From assembly GCA_964360855.1 (NCBI GenBank), contig CAYHXV010000003.1, positions 1-62,808 on the forward strand: a stretch of 62,808 nt of DNA. Direction: 5' to 3'. Position 1 is the stretch's first letter, and each line of letters starts with the position of its first letter. The notes below the pieces were generated by a model. The model did not search any database, had not been told where the DNA came from, and saw nothing but the letters and a program-made list of their open reading frames with translations. The position numbers were made by a program, and so were the translations under genes. The stretch comes from an uncultured Candidatus Saccharibacteria bacterium. GTDB lineage: Bacteria > Patescibacteriota > Minisyncoccia > Phycocordibacterales > Phycocordibacteraceae. Below are positions 18,236-28,102 of the stretch, one piece after another.

Positions 18236-19003
18236 ATGGCTAATGCGTACTTCGTGCTGATGATACACAACGAGGAAGAAGCTCTTCTCGGAGTGATTAC
18301 AAGCATCGCTACGGCGACACTTCCTTTTTCGTATAAATGTCAGATCGTGGCGATAAATGATGGAAGTAGTGACACCAGCCAAAGAATCCTTGAGACAGCA
18401 TCCCAGACATTTCCTGTGCACACCATAGCGTATAAGGAGCGGCGGGGTATGCCCGCTTCGTTTACCGGAGCCTTTCACCATTTGTCTACTATTCTTACAG
18501 ATGATGATCTGGTGTTTACGCTCGAAGCAGATGGCACGAATGACAGCGCGTGCCTCCTCCCCATGATACAAAAGATACATGAGGGAGCGGATGTGGTGAT
18601 TGCCTCCCGGTATGCACCAGGGGCAGTATCAGTTGGCTTTCCACAGCATCGTTTGTGGGGAAGTGCCGTCGTTAATTTGTTCCTTGGGTTGCTCTGGGGT
18701 ATTCCGCGGGTGCGGGACCACTCTGTCTTATATCGTGTGTACCGGGGAGCACCGCTGCGTGCCTACATCGCCGACGCGGTACCCTTTAGAGCACGTAGGT
18801 CTTTTGCCGTCATATCAGAAATACTTCTGCATATGTCGAGATACACTGAGAAATTTGCCGAGGTACCGCTGCGCTACGACTATGCTCTTAAACGGGGACC
18901 CTCAAAAATGAATCTTCCGCAGACACTTTTTGAATATACTCGTATTACCCCGCCAACCGTACTCGGACAAAGAATACTTCGCCTCATTGGTGTTAAGAAA
19001 TGA
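18236..19003 (+). CDS. GT2 polyprenyl-phosphate glycosyltransferase (DPM1/GtrB-like)
   Basis: HNEEE; INDGSSDT; LEADG; ADVVIASRY; RGPSKM. Confidence 0.85.
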   Translation: MANAYFVLMIHNEEEALLGVITSIATATLPFSYKCQIVAINDGSSDTSQRILETASQTFPVHTIAYKERRGMPASFTGAFHHLSTILTDDDLVFTLEADGTNDSACLLPMIQKIHEGADVVIASRYAPGAVSVGFPQHRLWGSAVVNLFLGLLWGIPRVRDHSVLYRVYRGAPLRAYIADAVPFRARRSFAVISEILLHMSRYTEKFAEVPLRYDYALKRGPSKMNLPQTLFEYTRITPPTVLGQRILRLIGVKK

Positions 19004-19884
19004 ACACGACCGCTATCGTACTTGGAGCATCAGGACTTCTTGGTACTGAACTCGTGCGGGAATTAGCGCTATGCGGCTGGGAGGTAATCGCACCCACCCA
19101 CACAGAACTCAATATTAGTGACACAAAAGCGGTTAGTGATTTTTTTGCTACCCATACATCCGCATGTGTGATCAACGCGGCAGCCCACATAGGTGTTGAC
19201 GCGAGCGAACTTGACCCACTGCCCGCGTGGCAGGTAAACGCTCTTGGGGCTGGGAATGTAGCACGGGCATTGATGCAAGGTAAGCACACACGCACCAAAC
19301 TTATTCAGGTGAGTACGAACTATGTCTTTGGTGATGCACATGAGCAATACACTGAAAATGACCGCCCTGACCCAATAAACGTATACGGCACAACCAAAAA
19401 AGCAGGAGAAGAGTTGGTTGAAAACTATTGCCGTGTAGGCACAATTCCGTATGCAATTATTCGTACCTCATGGCTCTATTCTCCTCTTCGGGAAACGTAT
19501 GTTGATAAGGTGGCGACGACTATTCTGCGTGGAGAAGTATTCCAAGCCGCAGATACCCACTGGGGGAACCTTACTTCAGCGAGAGACTTGGCGAGCGCTA
19601 TTGTTGCTTCTCGGGTAACGTTGGAAGAACCCTCGGGTAGGTATCACATGGTAAATAGCGTCGCTGGTGCACGAGGGGGTGTGTCTCGATACGGCATAGC
19701 CATCTGTATTGCCGATACGCTCGGAGTGCCGCGTGATTTGATTAAGAAAGGAGATACTCCAGTTCTTGGTCTGGCGGTGCGACCACGCCACGCCATACTT
19801 GTTAGCAACATGACTCCCACTCTCCCGCCCTGGGAAGAGTCGTTGCGCTCCTACCTCCATTCCCGCTACCAGAGCCCCAAATAG
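19000..19884 (+). CDS. RmlD-like NDP-4-keto-6-deoxyhexose reductase (paralog 1)
   Basis: GASGLLG; INAAAH; QVSTNYVF; YGTTK; IIRTSWLY. Confidence 0.8.
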   Translation: MNTTAIVLGASGLLGTELVRELALCGWEVIAPTHTELNISDTKAVSDFFATHTSACVINAAAHIGVDASELDPLPAWQVNALGAGNVARALMQGKHTRTKLIQVSTNYVFGDAHEQYTENDRPDPINVYGTTKKAGEELVENYCRVGTIPYAIIRTSWLYSPLRETYVDKVATTILRGEVFQAADTHWGNLTSARDLASAIVASRVTLEEPSGRYHMVNSVAGARGGVSRYGIAICIADTLGVPRDLIKKGDTPVLGLAVRPRHAILVSNMTPTLPPWEESLRSYLHSRYQSPK

Positions 19885-19926
19885 ACAGGACCGGTCTGTC
19901 TGACTATACTGACTAGAATCACTGCA

Positions 19927-20964
19927 ATGAAAAAAGCCCTTATTACTGGCATCACGGGGCAAGACGGATCCTACCTTGCCGAACTTCTGATTTCTAAGGG
20001 ATACGAAGTACACGGTCTGGTGCGTCGATCAAGTACCTTTAACCGTCAAAATATAGAGCACATATTCACGCACGATGCCCATCGAGGTGCCCACCTACAC
20101 TACGGCGACATGGTAGATATTAATTCACTCATCTCGATCTTGAGGAACGTACAGCCAGACGAAATATACAACCTTGCCGCGCAATCACATGTGAAGATTT
20201 CTTTCGAAGTGCCTGCATATACGGCACAAGCAGACGCCGTGGGCGTACTTGGACTCCTTGAGGCTGCTCGACTCGTTGTGCCAAAGGCAAAGATATATCA
20301 GGCTTCAACCTCAGAGTTGTATAGCGGTGAGAAGAAGCTTGCGCCCCAGAACGAACATACTGGCTTTAAACCGAGGAGTCCATACGGTGTCGCAAAGCTA
20401 TACGCGTTTGAAATTGCACGCGTGTACCGAGAGAGTTACGGAATGTTTGTAGTAAACGGTATTCTCTTCAATCACGAGTCGCCACGCCGTGGTATGAATT
20501 TTGTGACACAAAAAATTGTGCATAGTGTAGTGGAGATAGCGAATGGCACTCGTGAGTGTATTGAGCTAGGAAATCTTGAGGCCGCACGCGACTGGGGATA
20601 TGCTCCCGAATACATGGAGGCTGCGTGGCGCATGCTCCAGCAAAAAAAGCCAGATGATTTTGTCATCGCAACGGGTAAGTCGCATACCGTTCGTGAGCTA
20701 GTCGAAGAGGCGTTTTTGCAGGTGGGAGTTACCTTGAAATGGAAGGGAAGGGGTATACGGGAAGTGGGTGTAGATGTGCAAAAAGGTACTGTGCGCGTAA
20801 AAATTGATCCAAATTATTTCAGACCGAATGAGGTGGACTATCTGCGAGGAGACGCCCGTAAGGCAAAACGCATACTCGGTTGGAAATCAACTACGTCGTT
20901 TAAGAAACTCATCGCGCTTATGGTGGAAGCAAAATGTGCTCGAGTCGGATACACACGCCCATGA
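19927..20964 (+). CDS. gmd: GDP-mannose 4,6-dehydratase
   Basis: ALITGITGQDGSYLAELL; NLAAQSHV; YQASTSELY; SPYGVAK; LFNHESPRRG; LGNLEAARDWG. Confidence 0.95.
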   Translation: MKKALITGITGQDGSYLAELLISKGYEVHGLVRRSSTFNRQNIEHIFTHDAHRGAHLHYGDMVDINSLISILRNVQPDEIYNLAAQSHVKISFEVPAYTAQADAVGVLGLLEAARLVVPKAKIYQASTSELYSGEKKLAPQNEHTGFKPRSPYGVAKLYAFEIARVYRESYGMFVVNGILFNHESPRRGMNFVTQKIVHSVVEIANGTRECIELGNLEAARDWGYAPEYMEAAWRMLQQKKPDDFVIATGKSHTVRELVEEAFLQVGVTLKWKGRGIREVGVDVQKGTVRVKIDPNYFRPNEVDYLRGDARKAKRILGWKSTTSFKKLIALMVEAKCARVGYTRP

Positions 20965-22163
20965 AGATACGGAAAAACCAAATTGGTGTTGGGTGCGTTT
21001 CTATTAGCGCCAAAGCGAAGCGCTATGTATGTAAGGTACTCGATACGGGCCGTCTCTCATACGGTCCTTTTATTAAGCGTTTTGAAGAAACGTTTGCAGC
21101 CGCTCATGGTGTGCGTTTCGCCGTGATGGTGAACAGTGGCACCAGTGCGCTTGAAATGGCCGTTGCGTGTCTCAAGGAAACATTTTCTTGGAAGGACGGC
21201 GACGAGATACTCTGTCCCGCAGTCACGTTCGTGGCCTCGAGTAATGTAATCATTGCAAACAACCTTACTCCAATTTTTGTTGATATTGACCCAAGAACGT
21301 ACAACATTAACCCTCTTGAGATTGAGGCAAAGATAACGAAGCGCACGCGAGCGATTATGGTGGTACACCTTTTTGGTCAGCCGGCGGCCATGGATCATAT
21401 TATGCGCATTGCAAAAAAGCATACCCTGCGGGTTATTGAAGACTCTTGCGAAACAATGTTTGCACGATATAAGGGTACATCGGTCGGTTCGTTTGGTGAC
21501 ATAAGCTGTTTTTCGACCTATGTAGCACACATTTTAGTTACGGGTGTCGGCGGTATCGCACTCACCAATAATCCACAATATGCCGAACAGCTGCGAAGTC
21601 TAGCAAACCACGGCCGTGACAACATTTATATATCTATTGATGACGACAAGGATGCCACGGGAACGAATCTTAAAGAGGTTATTGCTCGGCGATTTGCCTT
21701 TATTCGTCGAGGGTACAGTTATCGGGTAACGGAAATGGAGGGTGCGCTTGGGTGTGCACAGCTAGAAGAGCACAAGCCAGGCATCGCAAAGCGAAAGAGG
21801 AACGGGGCGTATTTTCTTAAGCATCTCGCCGAGTTTGAAGAGCACCTTCAGTTACCCTGGAACCCTGAATGTGCCGATCACGTATTCATGATGTTCCCAA
21901 TTGTAATCAAAGAAAGTTCTCCCATCAAAAAAGCAGAGCTTACCCATTTCCTTGAAATGCACAATATTGAGACACGGGACATGCTGCCCCTCATCAACCA
22001 GCCCTTTTATGTAAAGATGTTTGGTGACCTTGAGTCAGCCTATCCAGTAGCACGATGGGTCAACCATAACGGATTCTACATAGCTTCTCACCAAATGCTT
22101 AGTGTAGCAGATCGTGCTTATATCGTGAGTGTTTTCAAGGAATTCTTCACTTCTCATCCATGA
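20961..22163 (+). CDS. DegT/DnrJ/EryC1/StrS-family PLP-dependent sugar aminotransferase
   Basis: Start at ATG 20961 (ATGA overlap); NSGTSALE; TFVASSN; VHLFGQPA; IEDSCE; gene follows gmd. Confidence 0.88.
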   Translation: MKIRKNQIGVGCVSISAKAKRYVCKVLDTGRLSYGPFIKRFEETFAAAHGVRFAVMVNSGTSALEMAVACLKETFSWKDGDEILCPAVTFVASSNVIIANNLTPIFVDIDPRTYNINPLEIEAKITKRTRAIMVVHLFGQPAAMDHIMRIAKKHTLRVIEDSCETMFARYKGTSVGSFGDISCFSTYVAHILVTGVGGIALTNNPQYAEQLRSLANHGRDNIYISIDDDKDATGTNLKEVIARRFAFIRRGYSYRVTEMEGALGCAQLEEHKPGIAKRKRNGAYFLKHLAEFEEHLQLPWNPECADHVFMMFPIVIKESSPIKKAELTHFLEMHNIETRDMLPLINQPFYVKMFGDLESAYPVARWVNHNGFYIASHQMLSVADRAYIVSVFKEFFTSHP

Positions 22164-22579
22164 GGAATTTGTTAAAAAAGCATCGACAGTTTCTGACAGT
22201 TGGCGTGGTAGGAGCGTTCGGTGCTCTTACTCAGGCACTACTCTTACTGTTCATGGTGGAGATCCTGGGACTGTCTCCGGTGATAAGCAACACACTATCA
22301 GCAGAATTGGTGATCTTAATGAGCTTTTCCATTAACAACTGTTGGACGTTCAAGAAACGAACAGGGAAGGCCTTATGGGTTCGTTTGATAACGTTTAACA
22401 GCGTTGTCCTTGGCTCCATTGCGATACAGGCAGTAACGATCTGGCTGGGAACACACTTTATTGATGCGCGACTCTACGTGGTGTATATGGCAATTGGCAT
22501 TGGCCTTGGATGGATACTCAATTACTTCCTCTATACGCGTCTGGTATGGTTTCGTCCCCGAGGGACACCTTTGGGGTAG
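22160..22579 (+). CDS. GtrA-family small flippase
   Basis: 139 aa with four TM segments; FSINNCWTF and LNYF..TRLVWF motifs. Confidence 0.85.
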   Translation: MRNLLKKHRQFLTVGVVGAFGALTQALLLLFMVEILGLSPVISNTLSAELVILMSFSINNCWTFKKRTGKALWVRLITFNSVVLGSIAIQAVTIWLGTHFIDARLYVVYMAIGIGLGWILNYFLYTRLVWFRPRGTPLG

Positions 22580-22758
22580 GGAGCATCCTCTAGTATTGCC
22601 TCATAGCTCCACTGTGAGGTAGTTGATTCTAAAAAACAAACCAAATAAGTGTAATTCTGACCCATATGTACGGTTTAATACCTATATTTTCGGCTCTTGA
22701 AAGTGTTGATAATTAGGCTTGCAGGTCTTCCTGCAGGGTATACTTTCTAAAGGTGTGA

Positions 22759-23937
22759 ATGGTCATAATGTTCACTCTCCCAAACACTAATATGGTATTT
22801 GTAACATTCACCGCTCGCCAAAGAATATTTAGTATATTTTTGGTACTCACTGCAGCACTCTTTCTTGCACCACTTGCCATTCCGGGAACTGCGCAAGCCG
22901 CAGAACTTACGATAGTTACCGCAACTACTACGTCAAGTAACGCATCAACAACAGTTGCTAAAGTAGGCGATACGGTAACATTCGGTCTCCAGCTCTCCGG
23001 TACTCCTGCTGCAACATCGACGCCGACCATCAATATTTTCAGCATGGGTACAGCAAGCTTTACCGGCTCGGGGGCTTGGTGGACCTACTCAACAACAACC
23101 ACGTCAGCGTGGACGGACGGTGCCATAACCTTCTCGTTGGCGTGGGGTGGTAGCTTGGGGGAATCGACCACAACCGCTACACAAACAAGTCTTACTGGTA
23201 CTAATGTGCGCTTTGACAAGACGGTACCAACCATTAGTTCCATTGCTTCTAGTCCAAGCTGCACGGGAAACGGTGGACTGTGTAGAACTGGAGACACGAT
23301 TACCTTTACGTTGACGCCAGGTGCTACAGAATATGGGGCTACCGTATCGGGCTCATACAACTCACGTGCACTTACCTACAGTACGAGCGACGCGGGCGTG
23401 ACATACACAGCAGTCTACACCGCAACAAGCGGGGACACTACTCAACTATCGCCACTTCAAATCTCTGGAGTTGTCATAACTGATGCGGCAGGGAATGCAA
23501 GCGCCGCGGGCGCCAGCACTGACGTGACATCGACCATTCGAGCTGGTGCCAATGGAGGCGGGACAACCGTCACCGTTACGTATCCGAACCTGGATCAGCC
23601 GACCCCTGCTGTTACGACCCCTACTGCTGACGTTCCCACAAGTTCGACACCGGAGACTACAAACGTGCGCACCCCAAGTTCCGTACCTTTAGGAGTCTTT
23701 ACACGCAGCCTGCACACAGGTTCGAGGGGCAGTGATATTAAAGCACTGCAAGTGTTCCTAAATACGCACGGTTATCTGGTGGCATCATCAGGTCCAGGTT
23801 CTCCTGCGATGGAAACCACGTTCTTCGGCAAAGGAACTCGGACAGCACTCGCCAAGTTCCAGTCGGCTAGCGGAATTAAACCTGCAGTTGGCTATTTTGG
23901 CCCGATTACACGTGCGTTTGTTTCAGCGATGAAATAA
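22759..23937 (+). CDS. Exported Ser/Thr-rich Ig-like protein with C-terminal peptidoglycan-binding domain
   Basis: Signal/TM ending TAQA; beta-rich DKTVPTI and DAAGN segments; FTRSLHTGSRGSDIKALQVFLN...FGKGTRTALAKFQ...GYFGPITR. Confidence 0.8.
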   Translation: MVIMFTLPNTNMVFVTFTARQRIFSIFLVLTAALFLAPLAIPGTAQAAELTIVTATTTSSNASTTVAKVGDTVTFGLQLSGTPAATSTPTINIFSMGTASFTGSGAWWTYSTTTTSAWTDGAITFSLAWGGSLGESTTTATQTSLTGTNVRFDKTVPTISSIASSPSCTGNGGLCRTGDTITFTLTPGATEYGATVSGSYNSRALTYSTSDAGVTYTAVYTATSGDTTQLSPLQISGVVITDAAGNASAAGASTDVTSTIRAGANGGGTTVTVTYPNLDQPTPAVTTPTADVPTSSTPETTNVRTPSSVPLGVFTRSLHTGSRGSDIKALQVFLNTHGYLVASSGPGSPAMETTFFGKGTRTALAKFQSASGIKPAVGYFGPITRAFVSAMK

Positions 23938-23959
23938 GCTCGCACAATGGGCGCATGAG

Positions 23960-23986
23960 ACAAAAGTCCCTCCTGGGGACTTTTGT
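23960..23986. terminator. Bidirectional-type intrinsic terminator
   Basis: ACAAAAGTCCC-TCCTG-GGGACTTTTGT. Confidence 0.8.
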
Positions 23987-24211
23987 GCTCTGGGTTGCGG
24001 TGTGCATACATACAATTGCGTAAACTCTCCGAGGAGACAGGCAGATTCAACTTGAGGTAGCCACGAACCCCTGTGCGTGTGCTATCGACCCTAAGTATTA
24101 CTCAGCAGCTTTGTTGCGGGGGGCATGATAAAGTAAAATTATGAACAGCTTGGATTTAACACAGAGTACTGACTCGTAGCAGATCTGCGAGGCAGTAGAT
24201 TGGTAACCTTT

Positions 24212-25105
24212 ATGGAGAAGCACACTCATAGTAACTGGCTACTCGAGCACCGAAATAATATAACCTCGTCGCACGGCGAGGATGGTATAATTACCAAGAT
24301 ATTTGAAACTATAGGGGAGGAGTCACACTGGTGTGTTGAGTTGGGTGCGCTTAACGGACTCCATGACAGCAACGTGTGGAGTCTTATTAAGATGAAGGGG
24401 TGGAGTGGCGTTCTTATTGAGGCTGACCCAACGTATTATGAGAATCTTGTTGCAGAGTACCAAAAGTTTCCAGATGCGCACTGTGTGAAAGAGTTCGTTT
24501 CCTTTGAAGGCCCCCACTCACTTGATAGTATTTTTACACACACCCCCCTCCCGAAACAATTTGATTTATTATCGCTTGATATTGACGGTAATGAATATCA
24601 TCTATGGGAGTCGCTCACCACGTATACCCCACGCGTGCTGGTAGTTGAATTCAATCCCTCAATTCCAAACGACATTGATTTTGTGCAACCACGAGATATG
24701 CATGTGTATCAAGGTTCTTCTCTGAAATCTTTAGTGGCACTCGGAAAGAAAAAAGGATACGAACTTGTGTGTGCAAACGAGGCAAATGCATTCTTTGTGC
24801 GAGCAGAACTGTTTCCGCTCTTTGGTAGTTATGACAACGCTATTGATATGATTCGCACTGATCGTCAGTTTGAAACAAAACTCTATCAACTCTATGATGG
24901 GACACTTATGCTTGCAGGCAATACCAGGATGTTGTGGCACGGAATTCCTATAGATGCGGACAAACTACAGGTCCTTCCTGAGCATAAACGACGCTATCCT
25001 GCTTGTATAAGTCCCTGGTCACCTGTTCGAACCCTTAAATATTTTGTAAGAAAGATGCCACTATACGCAGGTATGCAGAAACTCCGTAAAATGCTTGGGC
25101 CATGA
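24212..25105 (+). CDS. FkbM-like (Methyltransf_21) methyltransferase
   Basis: CVELGALNG..SN; FDLLSLDIDGNEY; PRVLVVEFN; ATG 24212 preferred over TTG 24200. Confidence 0.8.
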   Translation: MEKHTHSNWLLEHRNNITSSHGEDGIITKIFETIGEESHWCVELGALNGLHDSNVWSLIKMKGWSGVLIEADPTYYENLVAEYQKFPDAHCVKEFVSFEGPHSLDSIFTHTPLPKQFDLLSLDIDGNEYHLWESLTTYTPRVLVVEFNPSIPNDIDFVQPRDMHVYQGSSLKSLVALGKKKGYELVCANEANAFFVRAELFPLFGSYDNAIDMIRTDRQFETKLYQLYDGTLMLAGNTRMLWHGIPIDADKLQVLPEHKRRYPACISPWSPVRTLKYFVRKMPLYAGMQKLRKMLGP

Positions 25106-25989
25106 TGAGCGGTACAGAAACTGTTGAGAACGTTTCCCTCGAGAGATGTACGACCCGTTTTGGAGATATTTTTATTAATTCAAAAACTGATGCCAAAATG
25201 CTTTGTGCCTTTAGAAAAGGGATATATCCCAACGAATCCCTTATTCAGTTTGCGCGTCACGTAACAACTTCCAGGAGCGTAGTAGTTGACATAGGTGCAC
25301 ACATCGGAACATTTACAGTTCCTATTACTGAGTCGGTTAACTCAGTTATTGCTTTTGAGCCGGCCCCAGCGACACTTGCCATTCTGCGTAAGAATATCGA
25401 GCACAATAGTATTCAGGTTGACGTGCGTACCGTAGGGCTGAGTAATCTTCCGGGGAGTGCTTCAATTGAAACCAGAAAGGCAGAGAACGCGGGTGCCAAT
25501 ACACTGGTGAGTGGGAGCGATATTATACTTAGTACTCTCGATGCTGAAGTAACAAGGGCGGACTTCATAAAAATAGATGTTGAGGGCATGGAGTTAGAAG
25601 TGTTAGAAGGGGGAAGCGTGCTCATTGATCACGCCCGCCCAATTGTTTATTTTGAAGTCAATCTGTCGCAGTTGCGTGCGCACCACACCTCACCACAAGC
25701 ACTCGAGTATTTCTTTAAAAAAAGAAACTATCGGCTCTACTTCCTTCTTGAGGACAAGCACCATACGCAATGGCTGTCACACATCAACAGTCTCCAGTTG
25801 CTTGTAGCCTGCATTGCCCCACGAGCATGGCTATTTCGCGTTGAAAGTGCGCCGTTCGATATTGTGGCAATTCCCCGTGAGAAAAAGGTGTCACTGATTA
25901 TTGTTGGATTTGGCGCCGCACTTTCCCGCGCGTTGTACTACAACTTTCGAATAAAATGGCAACGACTTTTACGAACATATACGGTATGA
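25102..25989 (+). CDS. FkbM-family methyltransferase
   Basis: VDIGAHIG; AFEP; FIKIDVEGMELEVLEG. Confidence 0.9.
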   Translation: MMSGTETVENVSLERCTTRFGDIFINSKTDAKMLCAFRKGIYPNESLIQFARHVTTSRSVVVDIGAHIGTFTVPITESVNSVIAFEPAPATLAILRKNIEHNSIQVDVRTVGLSNLPGSASIETRKAENAGANTLVSGSDIILSTLDAEVTRADFIKIDVEGMELEVLEGGSVLIDHARPIVYFEVNLSQLRAHHTSPQALEYFFKKRNYRLYFLLEDKHHTQWLSHINSLQLLVACIAPRAWLFRVESAPFDIVAIPREKKVSLIIVGFGAALSRALYYNFRIKWQRLLRTYTV

Positions 25990-27011
25990 AACAGACTACT
26001 GTTCATAAAGCACTCACCTTTCGTGCTGCATCTATTGGAGATTGTTTAATGGCTCGATATTTACTCCAGAATATTCACGAACAGTTTCCAGAAGCAAAAC
26101 TTGGACTCGTTGTAGCAAGTCGGGGCGACATGATACGAGACCTCTGTGCCTCCACGCCCTGGATTACCGTTATAGAAGCAAACCGAAAGAATTTGCCAAG
26201 CCTCGTTCGTCTGTGGAAAGAATTTCATGCTAGTGACTTCACCGTCACGCAATACAGTGGAAAGGTTGGGGGACGTCTCGGGCTTGCGACTAAGATTGCA
26301 GCACGGCTCCTTACCAAGAGAGGAAGACTCGTTGGTTTCAAAGACGCGTCAGCACACAACAGTGTACTTTTCGACACACTACTTCCGTTTCGTGCGGACG
26401 CGCCGGTGGTTGAACACGAGCGCGAAGCACTGCGGGCAGCAGGTATTCCTATTGCAATCAAGTACCCGACTCTGCCACGAGAAGATACTTCCCACGCATT
26501 AGCCGCGTTCAACCTTACAGAGGGCACCTATCTTATTGCCCATTTCTTTGCTGGCAACAAAGGACGCAGCTTGCGACCAGAGAAGGCACACGCACTGCTC
26601 GCGTCACTGCGCGCTGCGTATGGAGCAACGTACACCTTTTTGATAAGTGGCTCAGCCGCCGATCGAGACACTGCACTGCATATAGCCGAGGGTATTTCGG
26701 GCACGCACGTCATCGCGGGAGATGCATCGCTTCAAGAAATGATGGGCCTTATTTCAGGCAGTGCTGGTGTCGTGAGTGTTGATACTGGCATTGCACACCT
26801 TGCCGCCCACCTCGGGCGACCACTGGTAGTGCTACGAAGTTGCCTCGGGCCTAATTGGTGGTTTACTGAGTCATACGGGCCGGAGCGATCCATTATGCAA
26901 CACACACGAGAAGAGGTGTGCACACCACACATTTTTCGCGATTATCCAGCTTGCTTGGATGAAATCGATCTTAGCAAAGTTCAAGAAAGTGCCCAGTCGC
27001 TATTTCCGTAA
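25986..27011 (+). CDS. Glycosyltransferase family 9 (heptosyltransferase-like)
   Basis: RAASIGD; VVSVDTGIAHLAAHLGRPLVVL; C-terminal C...C....CL..I motif; start at ATG 25986 (ATGA overlap). Confidence 0.85.
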   Translation: MKQTTVHKALTFRAASIGDCLMARYLLQNIHEQFPEAKLGLVVASRGDMIRDLCASTPWITVIEANRKNLPSLVRLWKEFHASDFTVTQYSGKVGGRLGLATKIAARLLTKRGRLVGFKDASAHNSVLFDTLLPFRADAPVVEHEREALRAAGIPIAIKYPTLPREDTSHALAAFNLTEGTYLIAHFFAGNKGRSLRPEKAHALLASLRAAYGATYTFLISGSAADRDTALHIAEGISGTHVIAGDASLQEMMGLISGSAGVVSVDTGIAHLAAHLGRPLVVLRSCLGPNWWFTESYGPERSIMQHTREEVCTPHIFRDYPACLDEIDLSKVQESAQSLFP

Positions 27012-27016
27012 ACTAT

Positions 27017-28093
27017 ATGACCATCCATTTCTATACGTTTAGTAACGAGCGCGGCGGATCCTCACGTCAGCGAGCATTTCGTATTAGCGAAGAATTAGAG
27101 CAGCGAGGATTCTCGACCATCATCCACACGCCACCAGTTATAGATATTACCCGCACCCCCTGGCCCCAGAAGCTTGGACTCATCATCCAAATACTCCACA
27201 CTCTTCCGAGCATTAAGAAGGATGATATCGTCTTTCTCCAGCGAGCCATTTACAGCAAGTACTTTTTTATAATTATGGTTTTGTTTCTTTTCTTGTCTCG
27301 ACGTAGAATGATTTTTGATATTGACGATCCACTCTATTTACATAGTTTTACCAAGACAAAAGTATTCACACAGATGGCCACGGCAGTTATTACCTGCAGT
27401 CACGGCGAAATGGAGTGGGCAAAAGAATACAACACACAGGTCAGCTGTATTCATATAGCCCTTACGATGTTGGATTATGAGAAATTTACCAATCCTCACG
27501 AGCAAAAGAACAGCCCGGTCACTATCGGATGGATCGGGACAGGGCCGGAACACACAGAAAACCTAAAGGTGTTAGCGGGCATTTTTACACGCCTCGCCCG
27601 TACTCACGGCAACGCATTTAGGTTTGTTCTTATTGGAGCACTGGGGGATAGTCGCGTCTACGATATTTTCAATACCATACCTAACCTCGAGGTGTCCTTT
27701 ATAGATACCCTTGACTGGGCCAACCCCGAAAGCGCTCCTCGCGAAATTCAGAAGTTTGATATTGGAGTCCTCCCACACCGCACCGATGGGGAGTGGAACA
27801 AGGCGAAAACTTCGTTTAAGATTCTTGAATATATGGCTTGTGCGGTTCCAACTATAGTTAGCTCCTTTGGGGAAATGCCCTACATCATTACGGACGGAGA
27901 GAATGGATTTATTGCAGAGAATGAGGACAAATGGGTAGAGAAACTAGGACTGCTCGTATCAGACTCTTTACTACGGGCGCGCCTCGGTCGAGCTGGACAG
28001 GAGCGTGTTCGCGCGGCCTATTCGTTTGATGCAACCATACCCCAGTACATCAAGGTTATAGATTCTGTAGCCAGAGGCTCCTCAATTGATTAA
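27017..28093 (+). CDS. Glycosyltransferase family 4
   Basis: GGSSRQR; FDIDD; IGWIG; KTSFKILEYMACAVPTIVS. Confidence 0.88.
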   Translation: MTIHFYTFSNERGGSSRQRAFRISEELEQRGFSTIIHTPPVIDITRTPWPQKLGLIIQILHTLPSIKKDDIVFLQRAIYSKYFFIIMVLFLFLSRRRMIFDIDDPLYLHSFTKTKVFTQMATAVITCSHGEMEWAKEYNTQVSCIHIALTMLDYEKFTNPHEQKNSPVTIGWIGTGPEHTENLKVLAGIFTRLARTHGNAFRFVLIGALGDSRVYDIFNTIPNLEVSFIDTLDWANPESAPREIQKFDIGVLPHRTDGEWNKAKTSFKILEYMACAVPTIVSSFGEMPYIITDGENGFIAENEDKWVEKLGLLVSDSLLRARLGRAGQERVRAAYSFDATIPQYIKVIDSVARGSSID

Positions 28094-28102
28094 CTCCACT
28101 TA

